A DNA stretch of 60,780 nt, counting the filler, from Catajapyx aquilonaris (lineage: Eukaryota): the NCBI GenBank assembly GCA_000934665.2. It is 3 parts of 3 records of this genome, joined end to end, with 100 filler letters (N's around TTAATTAATTAA, not from the genome) between each part and the next. Parts side by side here need not be neighbours in the genome. Positions count along the whole stretch, not along the records: positions 1 to 20,210 come from KZ539513.1; 2 more parts are not named here. The stretch is one strand, 5' to 3'. Both the position numbers and the translations under genes were made by a program. The notes under the pieces were generated by a model that did no database searches, was not told the DNA's origin, and worked only from the letters and a program-made list of their open reading frames with translations. Below, piece by piece: positions 1 to 11,900 of the stretch (the stretch's first letter is position 1; each line of letters opens with the position of its first letter).

Positions 1-292
1 TGAAACTTCACAGGAGTATGTGCGACATGCCCAGGAATGGATTGTGTGATTTTCACGAAATTGTCAATAAATGGACTTAGCGCAAGAACTACCTTAAATT
101 CGCAGTGTCAAATAGTTAATGGCCGCAAGCAACGAACTATTCTCCAATTATCAAAATATTGTTAAGACGCTTGCGAATGAGCAGAGTTATCATGTCATGA
201 ATATGACAGAAGGCACCGAGAAATCATCATGTGCTATACACATGACAACGTCGTCATCAGATCTTAGAATACTCAGGTCTGGTCACTCCCAC

Positions 293-1122
293 CAGGGCCA
301 CCTAGAGACAAGGCCAGGGCGCGGGAACGGGTGGATCGCCGTGACGTCACGTTAGGGGGCTAGCTTTTCCATAAGCGGGCTATGGCAGGAGCACGTTTTT
401 GTACACATTTCAGCGAATTTCGTCATACCAATGCATCGGAGGCCCATGACACCCTCTAATTGATGTCAGGGAAAGAATGTGGGGATTCCAACGGCACCAA
501 ATTCGATTTAGTATGTGTGCAATGTGTCTGCATATTCGGCGATATATAAGACAAAGGATGTCAGGCATGAGGAAGAAGTGCAGGAATAATTAATAACAAT
601 GGGGGTTTAAATTATAAAGTATTGATTTTAATATTATTTCATATTTCCTATTTTGCGGAAAGAGTCCAAACGTAACATGCAAGTTATACTCATAAGCATT
701 GAACCAAAATTAGCACATTACACAACATAATACCATTTAGCTCTTGATAATTACATACAGTACATACCCAACACTTGTAGACCAATTGTACAACAATTTT
801 GTAGACCAGTGTTATCTAAATCAGAGTGGATCATTTCGAGGGAATAAGTGATTGACATCTGGACGAAGGACAGCTGGGTTCTCCCCCACCATTTACTACT
901 GTCAAACAAAAACATGTGCGATTTTTTCACATCGTTGTAATCACCAAATCATTCCCCAGATATCAATTAGAGGGTGTTATGATCCTCCGATGCATTGGCA
1001 TAAAAATAATAGAGAAAACGTGTACAAAAATGTGCTCCCGCCATAGTCCGCTTACGGAGGAGCTCGCCCCCTAACGTGACGTCATGATTCCGGCGCCCTG
1101 GCCTTGTCTCTAGGTGGCCATG
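293..1122. mobile_element. Non-autonomous long-TIR element, P-superfamily/Galileo-like
   Basis: ~190-bp imperfect inverted arms (293-~482 vs ~945-1122), termini CAGGGCCACCTAGAGAC / GTCTCTAGGTGGCCATG, exact 7-bp flanking direct repeat CTCCCAC (286-292, 1123-1129). Confidence 0.7.
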
Positions 1123-1155
1123 CTCCCACCCACCCACCCCCTGCCGGGGCGTTTT

Positions 1156-1418
1156 GCAGGAGGTGCTCACCTGAGAGCGCCATGATACATTTCAGAGCAC
1201 TGGTATGTGGTGATCCTACCGGACTACGCTGAACTTTATAGGTACAAAAGGGAAGGGCTATATTGGGGGACCCAACCCAACATGGTCGCTGGCGGCCATG
1301 TTGGGCCCGCATGTAGCGCTTCCCTTTCGTACCTATAAAGTTCAGCGTAGTCCGGTAGGGTCGCCACATACCAGTGCTCTGAAAGGTCTCATGGCGCTCT
1401 CAGGGGAGCACCCATGCA
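1156..1418. repeat. Palindromic foldback (MITE-like hairpin)
   Basis: ~105-bp arms (GGTGCTCACCTGAGAGCGCCATG...GGGAAG vs CTTCCC...CATGGCGCTCTCAGGGGAGCACC) around a centre near 1290; no clear TSD. Confidence 0.8.
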
Positions 1419-1570
1419 GGGGATAAGATCAGAATGCAGTGTAAGTGTCCGGGGGCTGGTCGTCATATTGCCCTAAGTTGTCGTGTTTTGATTGAGGTAG
1501 GCCTATGCGACAATGGCCTAGCTCTCTTTTAAGCTCGAACACTGTTGTCCGATTGCACTAACAGGAATTA

Positions 1571-2529
1571 GGAGGGCGGTTCAATAAAGACTGTCACTGA
1601 TTTTTTTCCCCATGGCTATGACGCACACTATTGAACAAATAGGGTGCGTGCACAATGATCTGTCGAAGCTGAGTTGGCACCCACATGACCACATTGATAC
1701 AGTGATATTTTGAATTGTCCTCCAGAGAGGGCAGCATTACCGACCCCCCTCTCGCAAATCGCCTCCGGCAATCATGGCAGCCATCAGGGACGAGCAGTAC
1801 GTGGTGCTGAAATTCTGCTTCCTCTTGAAGAAGACTGCTACGGAAGCATATCATCTGTTGCAAGAAGCATATGGAGATTATGCCATTCCCTGTCGATCCA
1901 GAAAGCAAACAGCAAAGCCAGTGTGGAAGTCTATACGAACTCTCCAACACCGAAAAAAGCAAAGGTGCAGGCGAGTGCAAGGAGAGTGATCGCGATATCG
2001 TTTTTTTGACATTCGTGGAATTGTATACCAACACATTGTTCCGCCGCATACCACCATTACTGGTACCTATGACGTGTCTGTGCTGAGGGCCCTCTTCAAA
2101 AAACGATATCACCTGTTTCCCTGAACTCGCCTGCACCTTTGCTTTTTTTTCGGTGTTGGAGAGTTCGTATAGACTTCCACACTGGCTTTGCTGTTTGCTT
2201 TCTGGATCGACGGGGAATGGCATAATCTCCATATGCTTCTTGCAACAGATGATATGCTTCCGTAGCAGTCTTCTTCAAGAGGAAGCAGAATTTCAGTGCC
2301 GCGTACTGGTACTGCTCGTCCCTGATGGCTGCCATGATTGCCGGAGGCGATTTGCGAGAGGGGGGTCGGTAATGCTGCCCTCTCTGGAGGACAATTCAAA
2401 ATATCACTGTGTCAATGTGGGTGCCAACTCAGCTTCGACAGATCATTGTGCACGAACCCTATTTGTTCAATAGTGTGCGTCATAGCCATGGGAAAAAAAT
2501 CAGTGCCAGTCTTTATTGAACCGCCCTCG
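1571..2529. mobile_element. Mariner-derived foldback element (two inverted 5' halves)
   Basis: TA-flanked mariner-type TIR (GAGGGCGGTTCAATAAAG). Both ~435-bp arms encode the transposase N-terminal HTH (EQYxxLKFCFLLKKTATEAYHLLQEAYGD) fused to the DPESKQQS...KAKVQASA motif. The spacer encodes FFDIRGIVYQHIVP, from the catalytic domain. Confidence 0.9.
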
Positions 2530-2534
2530 TACAC

Positions 2535-2618
2535 TTACCTATCCGATAGCTCCTAATGGATCGTTAGGAGCCCCTTTAACGTGTGCTAACGATCTGTTAG
2601 GAGCTATCGAATCGGTAA
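2535..2618. repeat. Short imperfect palindrome
   Basis: TTACCTATCCGATAGCTCCTAATGGATCGTTAG pairs with CTAACGATCTGTTAGGAGCTATCGAATCGGTAA. Confidence 0.7.
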
Positions 2619-2959
2619 TTTCGTTTGTGCAATCGGGCATGTATGATGTAGGCCTACGCCCTTACATCGCACGTTGGAGATGGGTTGGGAGAAGGAGCTA
2701 GTGGTACGGTGAACGGCGTAGTCACCAGTTTGGCGTGTGTGAATAAAAGTCGAGCTGGTGAACCGGTTTATTTCTGGGGCTGCTTAAATAGTTACTGTAG
2801 GCCTACTATACGGAAAGTCAGGCACTAGACGCCCACTCAAACACGAGGGTAGATCCTGAAGTCGAGCCTGGGAGGCTAGACTGGATGGCTGTTGTCTGGC
2901 TGGGAATCCGGATCGAGATCCATATGGAAAGCAGAAAACTTGTGCATTCGTTGCAAAAG

Positions 2960-3036
2960 TGGCGATTTGGCTATACCTCGGATATAACATACTTTTTCCA
3001 CGGTCCCTTGAAGTTTGTTATAGCCGGAGTCAACTG
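2960..3036. mobile_element. pogo/Tigger-like terminus fragment
   Basis: Ends ...GGTCCCTTGAAGTTTGTTATAGCCGGAGTCAACTG followed by TA, typical of pogo-type MITE ends; partner end not found. Confidence 0.45.
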
Positions 3037-4248
3037 TATTATTTATTGCATTGCACATATCAAAATTTATCCCAAGATTAGGCTACTATACAGTATAATT
3101 TACGACCATGTTAGCAACTGACTGTACTAACAAGGGAACCACACATGTTTTCTTATTTTTATCCAAAGAATTATGGTAAGAAATTAGTTGCACATTAACA
3201 AAAATTGTATTTGAAATGTATTTACAAAAGTATACGGTATGTAAATACATTTGATGTGTTTAGTATCTTACATTTTTATGCAGTAGTTAGAATTTAATAT
3301 TTAATTACATTCAAGTATTTAGTACCTGACAAGTATTTTTTTCTCAGAAGTCACATCTGATACATTCATAATCATGTTTCTTGCAAAAAATAAATTGTGG
3401 AACTTTTCTCCATTACCGGTAGGCTACCAGATACATATTACTTACACAATGAAATTGTTATATGTGCGCCACGTCATCGAAGACGTCAATGGCCCAACTC
3501 TACGAGGTGAAATTTTTCAGGAGAGACTATAAAAACTGATTACACTGATTACTGAAGCTGGGCTGGAACCAGCTGGAACTGGTCTTTCCAGTAGTTCTCT
3601 ATCAAAGAAGCAAATACCCAGCTTTATATGCACTGAGGGTTTTAGAGCGTCAGTATGCTAGGTAGAGTAGGTACAACGTTTACGTCTCGGAGCCAAAGCC
3701 CGTCATGGATTTGAAGAGGCCGGCATGCCGTCAATCATGCGCAATAGGAAAGGGCGCGCAACAATACTTTATTATGGTCCTTTCTTGTTCCGCCTGTTCC
3801 GCCAGAGGGCCAAGGAAAAAAAACCGACGCCTTGCCCGTTTTAGCTATTCGCGCCTTGCAGGGTGGTCACAGAAAAGAAGAGCTACTTCTTCCAAGTGAT
3901 GGAGTCGATAGCAGCTGTTACCTTTCTTTTGCGATTAGTGCATCATGTTTTCAGTGCGGGCTTTATACGGCATGTACAGCCAACTATGGTGTGACTGCAT
4001 TCACACAGGGGCATCAAGAGCATGCTTACGTGGTTAGTGACGCTAATAAATACTACTAAGTACCTAATATATACAAAGCTGTTTGTAGCCACTGGCTTTA
4101 ATAGCTCGTTGACTGACAGGTGAAGGTTTAGCTGTGCGATTTTTGGCCTAGTGATTGTCGGGAGGGACGCCGTGCCTCCCTTCGCTCGATTTCATTCCTC
4201 CCTCCCTTTCTCCTTCTTCAACGGTCGTCTCGTACTGTTCTTCCAACC

Positions 4249-5939
4249 ATGTTCGCCAAGGGGTACACCAAAATGGAGAAAGTGGGGGAAGGAACATACG
4301 GCGTCGTGTACAAGGCCCAGGACAATCGGACCGGAGATGTGGTCGCTCTGAAGAAAATCTCGTTACAAAGGTATGCCCGGGTATGCCTTTGTTTTCAAAC
4401 CTCACCGGTAGTTTTCATATTTTTGGCGCAAGTCAGAGATTGTGCTGTCAACCAATTGAGTAATTGTGCACAAGTGGTGACCATTAGTACAGATAATTTG
4501 ATGATTTATTATGAAGAACACTGGTATGTCGTTGAGTGCTGAGGCCAGAATTGCTACCCTCCAGGCAAATTCTCCAGCTTCTTGCATTCCATATCCAGTC
4601 CCGACACGCCAACCCAGTTGCCACATGCCCTCACCCTCACAATGGGTAATAAAATTGCCTGAAGGGATGCGTGTCAGGTCACAGGCCCATACAGTGGGCA
4701 GGAGATACAACTTGAGGGAGAAAAAATTGAATGTAAATGTTAGTTTACACTCAACTGAGAGTTAATTCTTTTCAGTATGTGGTGGAAAAGTGAACTGCAC
4801 AGAATTTCTGTGGCAGTCACCAATTCGGAACAATTACTGCCATTTGTTTTGTGGAACAGGTTGATGGTGCCACCCATAAAGCGGTTGACTAATTCACAAG
4901 CTACTAACCAAGTGTTGGGAACAGGTCATCCTCTTCCAGGTGTTCAATGGTAGGGGGTAAATTTTATTGCACATATGAACTGCTTGAATTTTTAGGTGCA
5001 CATTATTCACTTCGTGAGCCGGATTCATTTACTAGGCATGCAGTAGGAATTAGTAATTAATTGACAGTATGTTTCCATTGCAATTTGAAAAGAAGTGCTC
5101 ATGTATGCTAGGTTAATGTTATGATTTGTGTGTGTTTTTTTAAATATTTGCACATTTTTCAATTTTTAAGGTAATTTTGGAAAGGTGGTTACAGTGAAAT
5201 GTTCTAAGAGCCCACCTGAAATTCTTGACACACTCCCTGTTGGTGAACATTTATAATGTAGTTTTAAATTGGTACTTAACACAATGTGGTACTTGTGGAA
5301 ATTCAGGCTGACCAAGCTAATTATGGAACCCTGACAGTGAGATGTGAGATCCTCCATATTAAGTTGGTGTTGCCTGCCACAAGATTACGCTGGTGGCCCA
5401 TGCCTGTGTCTCCCCCACCCATGCAGCTTCACTGCCAAACTCATAAGCCATGTATGCTTCCTATCTGCAGTTAGGGAATTTTGTCTGAGGTAGAATTGTT
5501 CCGAGAGATGTATGACGTTCCTTGTTCTGTTTGCGGTCTTGGTCAAAATTATGATGATCCATCATGAGTGGCTCCAACAAGTTCACTGGCATTTCAGTGA
5601 AGTCTACTCTAACACCAATAAACACTACCTGGCAGCATGCTACTCATTTGCTCTATCATACATTAATGTCGAACCGCAACACAGGCATCATTGATATGTT
5701 ATTGAGCTTATTGGAGCCCGTCATCATGGAATGCTGTCTCTTCTTGGTGTAGTAGTACTATGTCAGGGAGGATTTTATGTAATTTTTACACTGAAAATAT
5801 TTGCCTGAAGCAGATTCCTGGCTTGGTAGGAGCCTCTACATATAGATTGACAGGTATCTCCCTCTTGACTGATTTGTTGGTTAAAATGGTGCCTACCTTC
5901 AGACTGCATAAATGTTTTTATCATGGTTTCGTTCATCTC

Positions 5940-5983
<44 letters not shown>

Positions 5984-8900
5984 CCCNNNNNNNNNNNNNN
6001 NNNNNNNNNNNNNNNNNNNNNNNAAAAAAAAAAAAAAATAATAATAATAATAAAAATAAACAACCCAACAACAACAAACAAAAAAACCCTGATGTAATGT
6101 TTGTTTATAAGTAAACCTGAATTTTTTGCTAACATGGTAAGTGGAAAAGTTTCACCTAATAAGGGGAGCCAATTATAATGTGTTCTGAACATGAAACATT
6201 TTGGTGCTTCCTTTGCCATTGCAGTGATCATTTTGAAGGGAAGGAGGAAGTCACAAGAAAAATTTGCCCCACTCTTAACTGTACTCCTAGTCACCTTCAT
6301 TTACACCGCATGCTGCAAAATGCACAATAATGCGGTACTTGTAGTGCTACTATTTCCAACCCTCCATGTCACAGTGTACAACTTAATGTGCATGTTATTT
6401 AGTGTAAACATTTGGCTTAGCAAGTTTCGACTTGGGAAGCTGGTCAGGTGAAGACTGGATGAACAACAACTCTTGGGCTGCATTTTCGAAAGTAATGAGT
6501 TACACCCTAAATGCAGGAGCTTGGACTGTGATGCATTGAAATTCACGTGTATCACAGTTAAAGTTACCTTCATTTGGTGGTTGTCATACTGCGCTTGTGC
6601 TTTGAGGCTGTAGGTAGTCTCTGTATTTGTAAGCTTGCATTCTTGGATTCTATTACTTGGACCAGAGATTTTTTCCCCCCAGGCATTGTGGTTCGCCACA
6701 TTCCCACTACTCAGGTCAGGTTGCACTATCACTGATCTCAAGCAAAACCCCCAATAGTGCAACCCAACTTAATGCGCTTGTAGTGCCCATGCATGAGGTC
6801 TTGTAATTGTAGAGGTTTTGGGGCTTGTTTTTAACCTATAGAAATGTAGGGCCCCAATATATAATCATACAAGGTAGTAAAAGGGTACAAGAGTCTACCT
6901 GCTGGTGGTGACTGTTACTTATCGTGGTAATTAGGTGTCACATGTATCACATTTTCATGGTGCAGATGCATGATTCCTTACATGGTTATCATACAATGTT
7001 TGATGAATGTTCCATTCCATATGCAGTAAATTTCTAAGCTGTTTTGAGATGAAAATTGTGTTCCCTGTTGTCGGAGGGTATTTTATTTCCTTAGAAAGTT
7101 GCTGATTTGATATTCTCAGCTTATATTTGTCATGCGTGGCATTTTGTGAGTTAGTAAATTGAAGCGTGGACATACACAAGGCTATAAGTGCCAAAAAAAA
7201 CTAGATTGGAGAAAATGTCATTTTTTCTCTCCCGCATCTCTAATATGCATAAAGCTGCGAGGTAATAATTTAAATTTCGAATACAAGGTCCCACAGGTGT
7301 GGGGTGTGCAAAAACTGTCAATTTTATTGTTTTGAAAATGAATTAGAAAAAATCCCCAAAAACTGAAAATAAGAAAGCTCGAAGTGCCATGGAGTCTTTT
7401 CTATACATAGAAGGGTGTAAGTGCCGCAAGTTTTCAAAAGAAAAAAGGATGAATGATAAGGATGCACACAAACTCACTGCAGCAGAGTACTTGACAAGTC
7501 TTTAGAGTCTTGTTTAGATATATTTGACATCTTTCGCAGATCGGCACACTTCTCTCTTGAAATTCTGCTCGAACATCGCAGAACAGGAATGTTCATGTTC
7601 TGAATGTGTACATGTTTTTATTACCTCCCTTGAGTACTTAAAGGAAGGGTTCAGTGATTTTGCATGTTGGGCCTCAAAAATCAAGCAAGACTCACTTGAT
7701 TCTGAATAGCTGGTCTGTTTTGGTAGCAAAGGCACCATAAGAATAAAATTTCAAGTCAAAGTTGATTTTTAAAAAAAAATCAGCCCCGAACAGGCGTTCC
7801 CTCTAGCGGTGAGTAGGGAAGCTCTGAAGACAAATTAAGATGGCAGCCCCCTAGCGACAAACCACGTGCAAACCAGGATTTTGTGTTTTCGGCCAGAGCG
7901 GAACCCACCCCAGTTGCCAAGGGCAATGGGATGGCAGGGGAGGGTGAGTGATCGTCCCATGCGGCGAAGTGATACCCAGGGCGGGACACTTCTGTACCAG
8001 TTCGAGCATTACCAAGACGGGTAGTGTCGTGAGGTATAATCCGGAGAGAGACAAGGAATACATTGCCCACACATCTTGGCCACAAGTGATGGCGTTGGAG
8101 GAAGGGCCACATGATCCATCCACTTCCTAGTTCAAAAATTGACTTCGTGGCTAAGCCAATCTCATTGGGCAGCTGGCCCATGTCGGTTATCGGGATCTCC
8201 GCGGGCTCGATATTACTGTAACGAATCCGTAATGGGTTGCGACTTTCACCTAACGGCATTTGCTTACACGGCATCAGATTCAAAAACCAACCACATTTTT
8301 GGAATCAGGGAGTCTTCCTTGATCTCTGAAGCACAACATGCAAACTCACTGAACCCTTCCTTCAAGTCAGTCACCAGATAGCTGTAGAGGAAGACAATAA
8401 TTTGATTGTTCAACCAGCACAGTTGTCACTCCGTATGATCATGTTCTTTACCATACCAGCCATTTGGAGTATGTCAATTACATTGTCCGATCTTTCCAAA
8501 AGCTTACTGACATCTCCAAGGCTTCCTCTCCCTGGGTTTCCTGTTTCAACAGCTCAGAGCAGTCAGAGGCACACATGCTGCTTTCAACCATTACTGTAAT
8601 ATGTCTATGGCATGTGGCACTTACAGCCTTTTAACCCTCACGCCGCCGCTACTCCCCCTGCATGACTTATGCATGATGTAATCATATATAAGAAATTCCA
8701 TGTCTCACCAACGGCTCGTGTTAGCCCCATGCCGCCTATATCATTCAAACCTCATTGAATGGCTGCTCCCACCAGATCTACGGCACTGCTCCCGCAATCT
8801 AGGCCGTGGGTAACTACTACAAAGCAGCTACTCAAGGGTCAGAAAAAATGTAGAAGTGAAGTGTACGGGTTTATAGAACGATTCTATGCGAAATATTGCT

Positions 8901-11900
8901 TAGACACCGATCTAATGAATGGCTAAATTTCCACAATTGAGTTAGTCTTCATACAATGTCTATCATTGCTCGTAGAATTTTGTCAATATGGCCTCTGGAA
9001 GATGACGTCATACGAAAAAGTCCGACAAAGGACTTGAGCGTATGAGTTTTGTGGTGGATTCTGCGTGTTTTTCTTGTGATTACATGCCGTAAACCGTATC
9101 CATGTACGATTTATAGATTTTTTGCAAAAAATTCTCAATTTGTCTGTGCTCCACATACACGGCGCGGCGGTGAGAGGGTTAAGAGAATTTATGCCTATTG
9201 GACATCACCTATTGCCATCTATAAGCAATTCCTGCAGATGACAGGGCCAAGTTAGGCACTAAGAGTGTTCGTCATGGCATGGACAATGGGACATAGAGCA
9301 GTTTAACGTGATCAAGTCGATTTTTTTCATTTTGGCACTTACGAGCCTTGTGCAAGTCCGCTCTTCAATTAGTGTTGCAGTTTTCTATTGAAATCCAGGG
9401 TCATTGCTGGTCATTGCTATTCCAAATTTTTACTAGTGACATTCATAGATGATCACAGGCCTTATGAGTTGATTTTAGGTATTATTCGAGATCTTAAAAT
9501 CCAGAAAAAATGACATCCCACATTTTGTCTTTCCACAAATATTAGGCACTTACTCGTTGAAATTTCATAAATAACTGAGGTACAGAGGTTTTCATTACTT
9601 GTGTGTCAGGTATGTGCATATTGTGGCACTTTTCAGGTCGGGGTGACGAGAGGTGATTTGAGGGTTGTACCAACCAGTTACGTGTGGTAGCACAATTCTG
9701 CTATTATTATTTTTTTACATTTATTTTATTTTGAAAATAGTGGAGGTAATGCTCAGGTAATTTTACAGGGGTTAGGTAAATTGCAAGTAGATTATTTTGA
9801 TTTTCAGAATATGATCAAATGGTCATGAATGGATATTACATGGCATGAAACCATGACAATGACCCCTTTCCAAGCTCCCCTCATTCCAGGATGGAGGATG
9901 AGATGGGCGCAAGAGAACATTCCTTGAACACACTTAAGAGAAATAGCAAAAGCAATAAGCCACAATGGTGGTGTAGCCTCTGCCTCAAGTATCACTTGTG
10001 CTGCAGGAAATGAGGTCATACCTGGGGAGGTGCAGTGGCCGAGATGGTAATGTCTCGGCTTGCTGAGTGAAAGGTCCCAGGTTTGATCCCCGCCTGGGAG
10101 GTCCCTTTCACCTGCGTCGGGAGGGTCTCTGATCCTCACCTTGGAGGTGTCTGGCAACCTAACCTCCTGGGGGGTGGTACCATAACTTGGATTCCGTGCT
10201 CTGGCGAGCAGGGTGCATTTCTAACTACGAACTTAATCCCTGGTATAAGAGGGATGAGAGATTGAAAGGCAATGCTGGGCCAACCTCGCTAATATCAATT
10301 AATTCGGTATAAGGGGTGCGACAAGGACCAACTGTCTTCCAAGGGGTGCGGAGGCCTGAAAAGGTTAGAACTGCTGTATCATGGGGTAAAATAAAATAAA
10401 ATAAAAATAATGAGGTCATACCCAAAATTAATCATTTTATGCATTTGTTACACTCCAAGCAACATATTTGTATGAAAAACCAACTTGAACACACATGGTT
10501 GAGCTTTTTGTTGCATGGTTCTGTAGGCATTGCTGTAAAAATTAATTTTTATATAATATGCTTTTCTTCAACTGAGTAAAATTATCACTACAGGAACTTA
10601 TGATTGGTGCAAGTTATTTTTAATAGTTGGAACTTTTTGATGTAGGGCGTGTTCAAATGTGTTGGTGAAAGCTAGCAATTTTTTGCCACTAAGATAGAGA
10701 GCTTACCTTAGTTTTTGTGGTTATCAAAAGTAATTAGCTATGTACTCTATAATATTAGGCAATGTTGAATCATCTCTTCAAAGAGGGAATTGCACTGTAT
10801 TTCCATTTGGGAATGACCTATTGTAACGACTGACCTTACTGATGAAAATTAGATATGAGAAAAAGATGTAGAGAAAGTGCATATTCCGGAGCACTTTTCC
10901 CGAGTCTGTACCTCTGGGTCACGAAATTGTCAGATACCTGGAACTTTTCTTTCTGATATGAATCACAGCTTAGGGGACATGTGGTATGTACTGGCTATAT
11001 ATATATTATCACTAAAATAAAAGCCTGCTATGTGGTGAAAGGACAACTTTTCAGGGGCCTTTAAAAATGCTTAATTTTAAAGGTACCATATAGATTATTT
11101 GTTTGTTACCCTGGTGGGCAGAGTGGCCATGGAGGGGGGGCTTACCTCGATGGCGTGTGGTCATGGTTGGGGGAGCTACCTCCGAGTCTGGTGGGTTTGG
11201 GGGCTCTACAACGCAGGCGCGTGGCTGCCCCAAAACCAGGATGCCTATTCACTCCCGAGGAGGTGTGATAGCGAAGGATAAGGCACTTGTCTCAAGTTGA
11301 TCATGGCGAGATTTTTGGTACACAGAAGTTCCTTAGGTTGGGAAATGCAATGGTAAAGCCGGAAAATGCAAGTAACATTGTACTCCCGATTACCCGTGCT
11401 AATTAATTGCACGGATGTGCCCGGGTAATCAGGAACCACGAATAATCCGAAAACGGCCCTAGAGCTATCCACGGGTTTAAAATAAACTGTTGCACAGAGT
11501 GTATGCTGCATTAAATAAGGTTTAATTAAAATAATACCATTTACTGTAGATTTTTATATTGTTTTCTAGAAAATGTTAAATTTTATGTTTGCGTGACATA
11601 GACTTTCTTTCAGACTTATATTCCTAATTCTTGACGATGCACGGATAATCCGTAACATAAAATTATAATCCGCTCTCGGATAATCTGGAGTAGAGTGTAT
11701 ACAAAGGGTACTCCTGGGGGGTTAAAAAATAGGTCAAAAACAGTATTTTCAAGGGTTTGAGCTTGAAATCAAAAGCAGTTTTTAAACTGACTTACGAAGG
11801 GTGTTTGATAAGTAGTGAGTCTACCTATGAAGGAGTTGTCGTAGCGGAATGAAGTCTGCAGCATTTTGAAGAGCAACTCTCGAAACATATTTTCCGCCTC

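Noticed and set aside
1594..2473. Overlapping ORFs on both strands with duplicated peptides
   Set aside because: By-products of the mariner palindrome; no intact transposase.
4422..4429. E2F-like site TTTGGCGC near the CDK 5' end
   Set aside because: Plausible for a cell-cycle gene, but a single 8-mer is expected by chance.
10835..10885. Hammerhead-like CTGATGA...GAAA
   Set aside because: The required flanking stems do not form.
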